A DNA stretch of 32,000 nucleotides, from positions 2,490,001 through 2,522,000 of the forward strand of contig NZ_CP036280.1 in assembly GCF_007748075.1 (NCBI RefSeq), read 5' to 3'. The translations under genes and the position numbers were made by a program. Shown here one piece after another: positions 17,846 through 27,200 of the stretch. The notes beneath the pieces were generated by a model. The model was not told the origin of the DNA and did not search any database. It worked only from the letters and a program-made list of their open reading frames with translations. Source of the stretch: Mucisphaera calidilacus (GTDB taxonomy: Bacteria; Planctomycetota; Phycisphaerae; Phycisphaerales; Phycisphaeraceae). Numbering within the stretch: position 1 is the stretch's first letter; each line of letters begins with the position of its first letter.

Positions 17846-19054
17846 ATGCGATACGTGATCATCATCCCGGACGGCGGAGCCGACTACCCCCTCGACGACC
17901 TCGACGGCAAGACCGCCCTCGAGGCCGCCAGCATCCCCAACACCGACAAGCTCGCCGCCACCGGACGCCTGGGCACCGCCGTCACCACCCCCAAGGGCAT
18001 GCCCTGCGGGTCCGACACCTGCTCGATGTGCCTGCTCGGCTACGACCCGGCCCGCTACCACACCGGACGCGCACCGCTCGAGGCCGCGGCGCTCGGCATC
18101 GAACTCGCGCCCACCGACTGGATTTTCCGCGTCAACCTCGTCACCGTCATCGACGGGCTCATGCAGGACCACTCCGGCGGGGCCATTCGCTCCGACGAGG
18201 GACGCCAACTCCTCGAAACCATCGAACAGGCCGCCGACTTCCCCGGAGCCACCTTCCACCCGGGCGTGAGCTACCGCAACATCCTCGTCGACCGCTCCGG
18301 CGAACGCGACTGGTCCAGACTGATCACCACGCCGCCCCACGACATCCCGGGCGAGCCCATCAGCAGGCACCTCCCCTCCGGCGCCCCCGACGCCGACCTG
18401 CTCGTCTCCATGATCGAGACCAGCGAGCAACGCTTCGCCGAACACGACGTCAACCTCACCCGCCGGGAGATGGGCGAGACACCCGCCACCCACGTCTGGC
18501 CCTGGGGCCAGGGCATCAAGCCCGACATGCCCGCCTTCTCGGAGGTCTACGGCCGACGCGGCGCCATGATCACCGCCGTCGACCTGCTCGCCGGCATCGC
18601 CAGCCTCATCGGCTGGGAACGGCTCGACGTCCCCGGCCAGACCAGCTACCACGACACCGACTACGCTGCCGCCGGCAAGCACGCCATCAAGGCCATCGAC
18701 GACTACGACCTCGTCTGCGTTCACATCGAGGCCCCCGACGAGGCCTCCCACGCCGGCGACGCCGCCACCAAGGTCGCCGCGCTCGAAGCCATCGACCGCC
18801 ACGTCGTCGGCCCCATCCACGAGGCCCTCGTGCAGCGAGGCGAAGACTGGCGCATTCTCATCATGCCCGACCACTTCACCCGCGTCGAGACCCGCAAGCA
18901 CGACCCCACCCCCGTCCCCTTCCTCATCGCCGGGCACAAGATGAACGGCGTCGTCGAACGTGTCTACACCGAGGCCGCCGCCAACGAGGCCGACCTCAAG
19001 ATCGCCCACGGACACGAACTCATGGAGTTCTTCCTCGACTCAGGCGTCCGCTGA
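17846..19054 (+). CDS. apgM: cofactor-independent phosphoglycerate mutase, archaeal ApgM-type (metalloenzyme superfamily)
   Basis: 402 aa. MRYVIIIPDGGADYPLDDLDGKTALEAASIPNTDKLA and VCVHIEAPDEASHAGD match the ApgM/PPD-related metalloenzyme layout, from memory. Confidence 0.65.
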   Translation: MRYVIIIPDGGADYPLDDLDGKTALEAASIPNTDKLAATGRLGTAVTTPKGMPCGSDTCSMCLLGYDPARYHTGRAPLEAAALGIELAPTDWIFRVNLVTVIDGLMQDHSGGAIRSDEGRQLLETIEQAADFPGATFHPGVSYRNILVDRSGERDWSRLITTPPHDIPGEPISRHLPSGAPDADLLVSMIETSEQRFAEHDVNLTRREMGETPATHVWPWGQGIKPDMPAFSEVYGRRGAMITAVDLLAGIASLIGWERLDVPGQTSYHDTDYAAAGKHAIKAIDDYDLVCVHIEAPDEASHAGDAATKVAALEAIDRHVVGPIHEALVQRGEDWRILIMPDHFTRVETRKHDPTPVPFLIAGHKMNGVVERVYTEAAANEADLKIAHGHELMEFFLDSGVR

Positions 19055-19063
19055 GGCCAACAC

Positions 19064-20719
19064 TCAAATCGCGTGCACGCGTCCGTGCCATTCGAGCTGC
19101 ACGTGCTCGTCCGCCAGCCGCTTCTGGAAATCACTCATCAGCCCGCGGTGGCCATGCACCCGGTGCGGCTCCGTCTCACGCTCGATGCAGAAGCTCGCCA
19201 GGATCCCCGCCGACTCGCCGATGTTCCATTCCACCGGGTGCAGCCGGAACGCGCCGTTGGTGATGTGCGTCGTCCCGATGTTCTTGCAGGCCGGCAGCAG
19301 GTTCCGCAGACGCACCGGGATCAACGCCCCCAGCGGGATCTGGAACGGGTACGCCGCCAGGTCCAGGCAGTGATCCCCGCCCGTCGAGATATGCAGGTCG
19401 ATCCGGTACGCGCCCACGCCCACCGAGTCGTGCACCGGCAGCGGCCGGGCACGCTCCACGTGTTCCGACCCCGGATCGCCCCAGCCCGGGTTCTCGCCGC
19501 AGCGCTGCATCACCGCGACGTCGCCCTCCGTGATCGTCTGCAACGCCCGGATCCGACGCGACTCACGGATGTAAACCGCCAACGCCAGACCGTCCTCCGA
19601 GCCCATGATGTCCGGCCGCGGGTACAGCCTCGGCAGACCCTGCTTGCCCGTCGAGAAGTCCTCCGCCTCGGTCTGCAGCCAGTAGACCAGGCAACGCGTC
19701 AGCTCCTTCGCCTCGTTCAGACGCTCGCGCCGCTTCTCCGTCGGCACGTCCGTGATCGACCCGCCGATGTAGTCATTCATCACCCAGTTCACCAGCGTCA
19801 CATCATCCAGGTGCTCGGGGTGTCGCCAACGCGTCGCATCGATCACCTTGCGGTAGTCGAAGTAGGGAATCCCGCCGCTCTGCCGACGCCCACGGTGCTC
19901 CGGCCGAAGATACGACACCCGCGACTCCGCCGGCCGATCCCCCAGCGGCTCTCGCCACGACAGCAGCGGCCCCGGCCAGGGCGGGTCCACCTCCGGCCTG
20001 AACGCCCGCCACGCCTCGTAATGCTCCGGCTTGTCGATCGTGTGCACCGCCTCCGGGTTCCGGTCCCAGCCCAGCGCCACCACCCACGTGATCGCCTGCT
20101 CGTTCTCCGGCTCGGGACGCTCCTTCGCGTGCATCTCGCCCGTGTCCCGCTGCGCCTCGCACCCCGTCACGTGCTCCACGTTCGCCAGAGGCAGCAGGTC
20201 CCCCAACTCCGAAGCGTCGAGCACAAACTTCGCGCTGACCGTCACCTCCGAATCGATCAGCCGCCGGTAGACCGTCACCGAACGCACCACGTCCCCCTCG
20301 ACGTCCACCGCACGCGGGAACGTGTTGCGCCAGATCCGCAGGCGACCCGACGACTCGTAAGGCATCAGCATCCCACGCAGACCCGTCACCGCCGCACGCG
20401 GCTCGCAGCACAGCCGCGACACGAACCCCGACCCCGGGTTCAGCTCCGGGTCGGCCAACGCGTCCACATTCAGCGGATAGTGCCGACGATAGAGCGACCG
20501 GATCGACTCCCGCAGCGTCCGGTACCGACCCGTACACCCCTGCGACTCAATCCACGGGTGCTCGTCCGGCGGAACCGCCTGGGCCGTCAGCTGACCGCCG
20601 ACCCAGATCGTCGGCTCCGTCATGATCACGCTGTGCCCCGCCTCGCACGCCGCCAACGCCGCCGCACAACCCCCCAGACCGCCGCCAACTACCAGTATGT
20701 CGCAGGCTTCTTCACGCAT
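19064..20719 (-). CDS. FAD-dependent oxidoreductase (PF12831-like)
   Basis: The track ORF starts at a TTG (20735-20737). I prefer the ATG at 20717-20719, which gives MREEACDILVVGGGLGGCAAALAACEAGHSV, a dinucleotide-binding GxGxxG motif at the usual distance from the N-terminus. Confidence 0.7.
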   Translation of the reverse strand: MREEACDILVVGGGLGGCAAALAACEAGHSVIMTEPTIWVGGQLTAQAVPPDEHPWIESQGCTGRYRTLRESIRSLYRRHYPLNVDALADPELNPGSGFVSRLCCEPRAAVTGLRGMLMPYESSGRLRIWRNTFPRAVDVEGDVVRSVTVYRRLIDSEVTVSAKFVLDASELGDLLPLANVEHVTGCEAQRDTGEMHAKERPEPENEQAITWVVALGWDRNPEAVHTIDKPEHYEAWRAFRPEVDPPWPGPLLSWREPLGDRPAESRVSYLRPEHRGRRQSGGIPYFDYRKVIDATRWRHPEHLDDVTLVNWVMNDYIGGSITDVPTEKRRERLNEAKELTRCLVYWLQTEAEDFSTGKQGLPRLYPRPDIMGSEDGLALAVYIRESRRIRALQTITEGDVAVMQRCGENPGWGDPGSEHVERARPLPVHDSVGVGAYRIDLHISTGGDHCLDLAAYPFQIPLGALIPVRLRNLLPACKNIGTTHITNGAFRLHPVEWNIGESAGILASFCIERETEPHRVHGHRGLMSDFQKRLADEHVQLEWHGRVHAI

Positions 20720-20789
20720 CCCTGCAGAATAGTGCAAAACCCTATGCCCCGACCCTCAGCAAATCTCCCTGACGAGCTCCGGACGCGCG

Positions 20790-20818
20790 ATCTCCCCGAG
20801 ACTCAGGACACCCGCACC
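20790..20818 (+). repeat. left copy of the 29-nt direct repeat ATCTCCCCGAGACTCAGGACACCCGCACC
   Basis: 26/29 identical to 21381-21409. It is preceded by a degenerate tandem copy at 20762-20788 and followed by the hairpin CCCCGTG-CTAGCGC-CACGGGG. Confidence 0.7.
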
Positions 20819-20884
20819 CCCGTGCTAGCGCCACGGGGCTTGTATAATTTATATTTTTTACTTAAATCTTGCTATATTGGTTGT

Positions 20885-21340
20885 ATGGCGACCTACTTCC
20901 TGACTTGGACAACCTACGGAACCCGTCTGCATGGCGACCACCGAGGATCTGTCGACAAGAGACACCACACCCCGGGAACACCCCTGATACCCACCAATGT
21001 TCACTTCAGTCGGCTTGACCGATCGCGGCTGAAGAATCCCCCCATCATCCTCAACCCGAGGCAACGCCAGATCGTCGATCAGACCATCCGCGATCATTGC
21101 CGACACCGCTCATGGACCCTCCATGCCATCAACGTACGCACGAACCATGTCCACACCATCCTCTCAGCTGACGTTCGACCCGAAGTCGCTCTCGGACAAC
21201 TCAAGGCATGGTCTTCACGACGCCTCCGGCAACACCACCTTGCTCAAGAACGAATCTGGACGACGCATGGCAGCACACGCTGGATCAACACCTCCGAAGC
21301 ATTCAGCCATGCCGTTCACTACGTCCAGAACTGCCAGTGA
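20885..21340 (+). CDS. IS200/RAYT-like Y1 (HUH) transposase domain protein
   Basis: 151 aa from ATG 20885, which is the tail of the 755-aa track ORF. HUH motif in VRTNHVHTILSA, and a candidate catalytic Tyr near the C-terminus (AVHYVQNCQ). The N-terminal YFLTWTTYGTRLHGDHRGSVD is typical of the PVC-type Y1_Tnp proteins I recall. Codon usage is atypically low in GC3. Confidence 0.6.
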   Translation: MATYFLTWTTYGTRLHGDHRGSVDKRHHTPGTPLIPTNVHFSRLDRSRLKNPPIILNPRQRQIVDQTIRDHCRHRSWTLHAINVRTNHVHTILSADVRPEVALGQLKAWSSRRLRQHHLAQERIWTTHGSTRWINTSEAFSHAVHYVQNCQ

Positions 21341-21380
21341 CCTCACCCCAAACGAGCCCTGGGCGCGAGCCCAGGGTGCA

Positions 21381-21409
21381 ATCTCCGCGAGACTCTGGAC
21401 CCCCGCACC
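21381..21409 (+). repeat. right copy of the 29-nt direct repeat ATCTCCGCGAGACTCTGGACCCCCGCACC
   Basis: See the left copy. It is preceded by the GNRA-loop hairpin GCCCTGGGC-GCGA-GCCCAGGGT (21356-21377). The similarity resumes after the repeat (CGGGCTTG in both copies). Confidence 0.7.
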
Positions 21410-21444
21410 TCGGGCTTGCGACCCGTTGAGGACAGATCAAGTTC

Positions 21445-22800
21445 TTACCCCCCCCACGACCCGTTCTTCTCCGCGTCACTCACCACCACCGCCCCGCTCA
21501 CATCGAGCACGCGCAGGCCCGGGCTGATCGCCTTCAACTCATCGAGCAGCCGCCCGCCCAGCCGCGTCTGCAGATGCACACGGTCGCCGTGGTAAGCACG
21601 CTCGATGATGTGCGCGCGCGTCTCGAGGATCGACAACGCCTTGCCGTCCGTCACCGGCAGGTCGAGCGTCGTCGTCGCCACCCGCCCCCGGACCTCCGCA
21701 CGCAGCTTCTCGATCACCGCCTCCACCCCGCCCCCGTCTTTGGCCGACACCGCCAGCGCCTCGGGGTGCGCAGCCTGCTGGATCAGCAGCTCCGAGTTGT
21801 TGTGCAGCCGATCCACCTTGTTCAGCAGCAGCACACGCTTCGGCTCCCTCGCGCCGATGTCGTCGAGCACCTCGTCCACCGTCTCGAGCTGCTCACGCGC
21901 CCGCGGGTCCGAAGCGTCCAGCACCACCAGCAGGATGTCCGCGTGAATCGCCTCCTCCAGCGTGGCGCGGAACGACGCCACCAGGTGGTGCGGCAGGTCG
22001 CGCACAAACCCGACCGTGTCCGACAGCATCACCGCGTCGCCGTCCCCCAGGTCCCACCGCCGCGTCCGCGTCGAGAGCGTCGCGAACAGCTTGTCATCCG
22101 CGTAAGCCCCGCCCTCGGTCACACGATTGAAGAGCGTCGACTTGCCCGCGTTCGTGTAACCCACCAGGCCCACCGTGAAGTGGTCTTCCTTCCGCGCCGC
22201 CACCTCACGCTGCTTGCGCGCGTGGATCTCGGCGATCTCGCGACGCAGCTGCGCCTTCTTCCGCTGCACGATCCGCCGGTCAATCTCCAGCTGCTGCTCA
22301 CCCGGGCCGCGCGTCCCGATGCCCGCCGGCGCTCCGCCCGCGATGCGCTCGAGGTGCGTCCACATCGCACGCAGTCTCGGGTACGTGTACTCCAGCTGCG
22401 CCAGCTCCACCTGGATCCGCGCCTCCAGCGTCTGAGCCCGCGCCGCAAAGATGTCCAGGATCAACTCCGACCGGTCCAGAACCTTCCGCTCCGTCCCCTT
22501 CTCGATCTTCCCGATCTGCGAAGGCGACAGGTCGTTCTCAAAGATCAGCACCTGCGCATCATGCGCATCGGCCATCCGCTTGAGCTCCTCGATCTTCCCC
22601 TTGCCCATGAACGTCGCAGGGTCGGGCGTCTGACGCTTCTGCATCAGCTCGTCCACCACGATCGCGCCCGCCGTCTCCGTGAGAGAGCGCAGTTCATCAA
22701 GAGGGTCGTGCGGGTTCACCTGCATCCCCGGCAGCAGCACGCCCGCCAGGATCGCCTTCTCCTGCCCGACCGAGAGTTGTTCGCGTCTTAGGTCCTGCAT
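21445..22800 (-). CDS. hflX: GTPase HflX
   Basis: 451 aa with an HflX N-domain and a GTPase core: G1 GYTNAGKST, G3 DTVGF, G4 NKVD. Confidence 0.85.
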   Translation of the reverse strand: MQDLRREQLSVGQEKAILAGVLLPGMQVNPHDPLDELRSLTETAGAIVVDELMQKRQTPDPATFMGKGKIEELKRMADAHDAQVLIFENDLSPSQIGKIEKGTERKVLDRSELILDIFAARAQTLEARIQVELAQLEYTYPRLRAMWTHLERIAGGAPAGIGTRGPGEQQLEIDRRIVQRKKAQLRREIAEIHARKQREVAARKEDHFTVGLVGYTNAGKSTLFNRVTEGGAYADDKLFATLSTRTRRWDLGDGDAVMLSDTVGFVRDLPHHLVASFRATLEEAIHADILLVVLDASDPRAREQLETVDEVLDDIGAREPKRVLLLNKVDRLHNNSELLIQQAAHPEALAVSAKDGGGVEAVIEKLRAEVRGRVATTTLDLPVTDGKALSILETRAHIIERAYHGDRVHLQTRLGGRLLDELKAISPGLRVLDVSGAVVVSDAEKNGSWGG

Positions 22801-22951
22801 GGTTACATATCGTGTAAGTCAGACTCGCCAGCGAGCCACATTCATGCTATCTTACTGGGCTCGGCTGGCGGGCCGAGGTCGCCCGATAACGGCGAAAATG
22901 ATGAACTTTTTTGGTAAGTCTCGAATATACGGGGCTTTAGCGGAGCCGACC

Positions 22952-23218
22952 ATGCCACGCGTGTGCCACTTCACCGGTAAGAAAACGACCACGGGTCACA
23001 AGTACACCCTCCGCGGTAAAGCCAAGTACCTCGGCGGCGTCGGTACCAAGGTCACCGGCAAGACCAAGCGGACCTTCAAACCCAACATCCAGAAGGTGAC
23101 CGCCGTCGTCGATGGCGTCCCCCAGAAAGTCCGCGTCTCGACCAAGGCCATCAAATCCGGCCTCGTCGTCAAGCCCATCAAACGCAAGTACGCCTACCGA
23201 CCCGACACCCAGGCCTGA
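22952..23218 (+). CDS. rpmB: 50S ribosomal protein L28
   Basis: ATG 22952 with GGAG (22942-22945) upstream. The 88-aa product begins MPRVCHFTGKKTTTGHKYTLRGKAKYLGGVG. The longer track ORF from 22679 overlaps the hflX start and is rejected. Confidence 0.85.
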   Translation: MPRVCHFTGKKTTTGHKYTLRGKAKYLGGVGTKVTGKTKRTFKPNIQKVTAVVDGVPQKVRVSTKAIKSGLVVKPIKRKYAYRPDTQA

Positions 23219-23404
23219 CCCACACGACAGCTTTTCACCCGGCAATCCCCAACCTCTTCACGGGGTCTTGTCGGACACGCCCCATCAGGGCATGCTGTGC
23301 GATCGGTTGGCCTGCCGACAACTCGTTTCTCCACGGATGATCAACCGGTTCATGGACGAGACGCCTTCCCTTGGAGGGGAGTGGCGATCGAAAACCGGAA
23401 GACG

Positions 23405-25309
23405 ATGCCCCACCCAGGCGACGACGACAAGCAGAAGGTCCTCGCGGCGAGCGACATTGTCGCCGTGATCGGTGAGCAGCTCGCCCTCAAACCCAAGGGA
23501 CGCGAGTTCGCCGCCCTCTGCCCCTTCCACGACGACCACAACCCCTCCATGGCCGTCGTCCCCGCCAAACAGATCTACCACTGCTTCGTCTGCGGCGCCG
23601 GAGGCGACGTCTTCTCCTTCGTCATGCGCTACCACAAGCTCAGCTTCCCCGAGGCCCTCAAGCACCTCGCCGAACGCTCAGGCATCGAACTCACCGGGCG
23701 ACGCGAACCGAGAGACCCCAACCAGGCCTCCCTCCGCAAACGCATCGCCGAGGCCAACGAACTGGCCCTGCGTTTCTTCCGCCACCGCTTCAACGACGAG
23801 CAGACCGGCAAGATCGCACGCGACTACGCCCTCCATCGCGGCATCACGCCCGAGATGATCGAACGCTTCGAACTCGGCTACGCGCCCGACGCCTGGGATC
23901 AGCTCGCCAACGCCGTCGAACAGAAAAAACTCGACCGCGAGGCCTTCATCGCCGCCGGCCTCATCGCCAAACGCGACCGGGGCAACGGACACTTCGACCG
24001 ACTCCGACACCGGCTGGTCTTCCCGATCTCCGACGCCCTGGGCCGGCCCGTCGCCTTCGGCGGCCGACGGCTCCGCGAGGAAGACAACCCCAAGTACTGG
24101 AACAGCCCCGAGACCGAACTCTTCCACAAGAGCGCCACGCTCTTCGGCCTCCACCACGCCAAACGCGCGATCATCAGCACCAAGACCGCTGTCATCGTCG
24201 AGGGCTACACCGACGTGATCGCGGCCCACCAGGTCGAACGCGAGAACGTCGTCGCCACCCTCGGCACCGCCCTCACCCCCGAACACGTCCGCGAACTCCG
24301 ACGCTTCGCCGAACGCATCGTCCTCGTCTTCGATGGCGACGTCGCCGGCCGCAAAGCCGCCGACCGCGCCGTCGAGGCCTTCCTCACCGAAGAAGTCGAT
24401 ACCGCCGTCGCGATCCTCCCCGGCGGACAGGACCCCGCCGACCTCCTCGCCACGCCCGAGGGGCTCGAGACCTGGGACCAGCTCATCAGCCACGCCCCCG
24501 ACGCGCTCGCCTTCGGTCTCGACCGCATGGCCGAGGACGCCGGTCAGGCCCAGACCCTCACCGGTCGCCAGAAAGTCGGCGAGGCCTACGCCGCCAAACT
24601 CCTGCGCCTCGGCCTCGATCGCGCCTCCGGAACACGCCGAGCCCTCCTGCTTGACCACATCGGCAAAGTCTTAGGTCTCGATTCTGCAGCGACCGAACGC
24701 CTCATCGCCGAGGCCCGCGCGGGAAACAACCGCCAGCAGGTGCGCGATAAGCAGGGTAACCCGGAGGATTTGGAAGCGTTTGCAGAACAGTCTGCTAAAA
24801 GACTGGACCACGGCTTTTCCTCGCGTACTCTTAACCTAGTCCTAGCGGCTGAGCGACAGGTCATAGCTTGCCTGATTCGCCACAACGAACTGTTCACCAA
24901 GGCCTTAGACCAAGGCTGGGCGATCGACGAATCGTTCATGCCCGCTGATCCTGTCGGCCCGGTGAACCAGAAGCTCTACGCCACGGTGTACGAGGCGTTG
25001 GCATCCGGTCAGTCAGTCACGCTCGAAGAGCTGCTGACAAGGTCGGCGGAGACCGAGGACTACGAGCTGGCAGCACTGCTCGCTCAACTCGGTCGAGACA
25101 TCCAGGACCTGGGTCTGGACGACCCCCAACTGGCCGAGCGCGAGCTCGCCAACGCCTACAGGTCCTGGCTAGCAGCAAGCCCCGCTGGCTCCCACGCCGC
25201 GGAGGAGGAGCGGTCCAGCGATGACCAGAAATTGCGGGATACCCTCGAACGGCTGCGCAGCACCGTAACCCCCGGGAGGATCGGTGGACGAAACCACCGG
25301 GCGGGCTGA
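23405..25309 (+). CDS. dnaG: DNA primase DnaG
   Basis: The internal ATG 23405 is preferred, giving MPHPGDDDKQKVLAASDIVAVIGE. Zinc finger CPFHDDHNPSMAV...YHCFVCGAGGD. TOPRIM motifs EGYTDVIAAH and VLVFDGDVAG. The C-terminal ~215 codons have clearly different codon usage. Confidence 0.85.
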   Translation: MPHPGDDDKQKVLAASDIVAVIGEQLALKPKGREFAALCPFHDDHNPSMAVVPAKQIYHCFVCGAGGDVFSFVMRYHKLSFPEALKHLAERSGIELTGRREPRDPNQASLRKRIAEANELALRFFRHRFNDEQTGKIARDYALHRGITPEMIERFELGYAPDAWDQLANAVEQKKLDREAFIAAGLIAKRDRGNGHFDRLRHRLVFPISDALGRPVAFGGRRLREEDNPKYWNSPETELFHKSATLFGLHHAKRAIISTKTAVIVEGYTDVIAAHQVERENVVATLGTALTPEHVRELRRFAERIVLVFDGDVAGRKAADRAVEAFLTEEVDTAVAILPGGQDPADLLATPEGLETWDQLISHAPDALAFGLDRMAEDAGQAQTLTGRQKVGEAYAAKLLRLGLDRASGTRRALLLDHIGKVLGLDSAATERLIAEARAGNNRQQVRDKQGNPEDLEAFAEQSAKRLDHGFSSRTLNLVLAAERQVIACLIRHNELFTKALDQGWAIDESFMPADPVGPVNQKLYATVYEALASGQSVTLEELLTRSAETEDYELAALLAQLGRDIQDLGLDDPQLAERELANAYRSWLAASPAGSHAAEEERSSDDQKLRDTLERLRSTVTPGRIGGRNHRAG

Positions 25310-25402
25310 TACCCCGTCGACAACGAAACAGGAAGACGCCCTGTGTGTGCGGGCGTGACACGGACAGAACAGAGACCGAAGCACGAAGGAACCTAGGCAA
25401 CG

Positions 25403-27196
25403 ATGCTCAACCCTCATCTCCATCCTGCGGTAACCGAACTGATGTCCTGTGGCCGTCACCGCGGCTTCCTCACCTTCGATCAGCTCAACGCCCTGCTGCC
25501 CGATGAGTACGTCGACCAGGACAAGCTCGCCGAACTCCTCCAGCGGATGCGCCAGGAGAGCACGCGCCTCATCGACGAGGCCCAGATCCCCGAACGCTGG
25601 CGCAAGACCCCAGGCCTCATCGCGCCGCCTCAGGACGCCCCCGGCCCCGGCGGCATGGACCTCATCCCCCAGGAAGAAGAGCCCGCCGCGCCCGCCACGC
25701 AGAACGAGAACGAAGAGTCCGAGGAAACCGAAGAGGTCGACGAGAACACCAAGGCCGAACTCGAGAAGGCCCTCAACGAGGCCGGCGCCAAACGCATCGA
25801 TGACCCGGTCCGCATGTACCTCACCCAGATGGGTGAGATCAGCCTCCTCACCCGCGACGAGGAAATCCGGCTCGCCAAGAAGATCGAGACCACACGCATG
25901 ATCTTCCGCCGGCTCGTCCTCGAAAACGACTACGCCATCGCCCAGACCGTCGAGACCCTCGAGATGGTCGACGCAGGCGACCTGCCCTTCGACCGCACCA
26001 TGAAGATCTCCACCGCCGAGGAGGACGCCAAGGGCAAGATCGCCGCACGCATCCCCTTCAACCTCAAGACCATCAAACGCCTGCTCGAACTCAACCGGCA
26101 GGACTGGGAGACCCTCGAGGCCGGCGGACGCATCGCCAAGTCCGAGATCGAGAAGATCCACACCCGCATCGAGACCCGCCGCATGAAGATGGCGAGCCTC
26201 GTCGAGGAACTCTCGCTCCGCACCTCCAAGATCCAGCCCCTGCTCCACAAGCTCTCCTCCATCTCCAGCAAGGTCAACCACCTCAAGAAGATTCTCGCCG
26301 AATCCGAAAAACACCCCGACCGCTACGACCCCGAAGACATCATGGTCATGCGCGAGGAACTCATGGGCCTCCGCTCACTCGTTCTTGAAAACCCCGAGCA
26401 GCTCACCGCCCGCGTCGCCGGCATCCGCTGCGTCTTCGACGAGTACGAGCAGGCCAAACGCGACCTCTCGGGCGGCAACCTCCGGCTCGTCGTCTCCATC
26501 GCCAAGAAATACCGCAACCGCGGCCTCTCCTTCCTCGACATCATCCAGGAGGGCAACACCGGCCTCATGCGCGCCGTCGACAAGTACGAGTACAAGCGCG
26601 GCTACAAGTTCTCCACCTACGCCACGTGGTGGATCCGTCAGGCTATCACCCGCGCCATCGCCGACCACGCACGCACCATCCGCATCCCGGTCCACATGAT
26701 CGAGACGATGAGCAAGCTGCGCAACATCGCCAAGAAGCTCCTGCAGGAGCTCAAGCGTGAGCCGACCATCGAGGAGATCGCCGAGGACGCCAAGATGCCC
26801 ATCGCCGAGGCACGCCGGGTCATGAAGATCAGCCGGCACCCCATCTCACTCGACCGGCCCGTCGGCGAGTCCGAGGACTCCTACTTCGGCGACTTCATCG
26901 AGGACGACCACGCCGCCAACCCCTCCGAAACCGCCACCAGCGACATGCTCCGCTCGCGCATCGAGCAGGTCCTCAAGACCCTCACCTACCGCGAACGCGA
27001 GATCATCAAGCTCCGCTACGGCATCGGCGACGGCTACACCTACACCCTCGAAGAGGTCGGCCGCATCTTCAAGGTCACCCGCGAGCGCGTCCGACAGGTC
27101 GAGGCCAAGGCCATCCGCAAACTCCAGCACCCTGTCCGAAGCCGCAAACTCGTCGGCTTCATCTCCGGCGAGGATGACCGACTCGAAGAGGTCTGA
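25403..27196 (+). CDS. rpoD: RNA polymerase primary sigma factor RpoD (sigma-70)
   Basis: 597 aa with an acidic spacer after region 1.1. Region 2 is [32 protein letters not shown] and region 4.2 is [27 protein letters not shown]. Confidence 0.9.
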   Translation: MLNPHLHPAVTELMSCGRHRGFLTFDQLNALLPDEYVDQDKLAELLQRMRQESTRLIDEAQIPERWRKTPGLIAPPQDAPGPGGMDLIPQEEEPAAPATQNENEESEETEEVDENTKAELEKALNEAGAKRIDDPVRMYLTQMGEISLLTRDEEIRLAKKIETTRMIFRRLVLENDYAIAQTVETLEMVDAGDLPFDRTMKISTAEEDAKGKIAARIPFNLKTIKRLLELNRQDWETLEAGGRIAKSEIEKIHTRIETRRMKMASLVEELSLRTSKIQPLLHKLSSISSKVNHLKKILAESEKHPDRYDPEDIMVMREELMGLRSLVLENPEQLTARVAGIRCVFDEYEQAKRDLSGGNLRLVVSIAKKYRNRGLSFLDIIQEGNTGLMRAVDKYEYKRGYKFSTYATWWIRQAITRAIADHARTIRIPVHMIETMSKLRNIAKKLLQELKREPTIEEIAEDAKMPIAEARRVMKISRHPISLDRPVGESEDSYFGDFIEDDHAANPSETATSDMLRSRIEQVLKTLTYREREIIKLRYGIGDGYTYTLEEVGRIFKVTRERVRQVEAKAIRKLQHPVRSRKLVGFISGEDDRLEEV

Positions 27197-27200
27197 GCCC

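Larger units (their letters stand above)
20790..21431 (+). mobile_element. candidate IS200-like mini-element or domesticated relic: repeat + hairpin, AT-rich promoter, Y1 transposase gene, hairpin + repeat
   Basis: 29-nt direct repeats at 20790-20818 and 21381-21409 (26/29 identical). Hairpins at 20818-20838, 21356-21377 and 21408-21431. An AT-rich 45-bp promoter patch is present. The gene has many A/T-ending codons, unlike its neighbours. Confidence 0.4.

Noticed and set aside
19073-20884. The first ~600 codons of the 755-aa + strand ORF 19073..21340
   Set aside because: This part is antisense to the FAD oxidoreductase gene and is Arg/Pro/His/Leu-rich nonsense. Only the last 151 codons, from ATG 20885, form a recognisable Y1 transposase domain with its own promoter.
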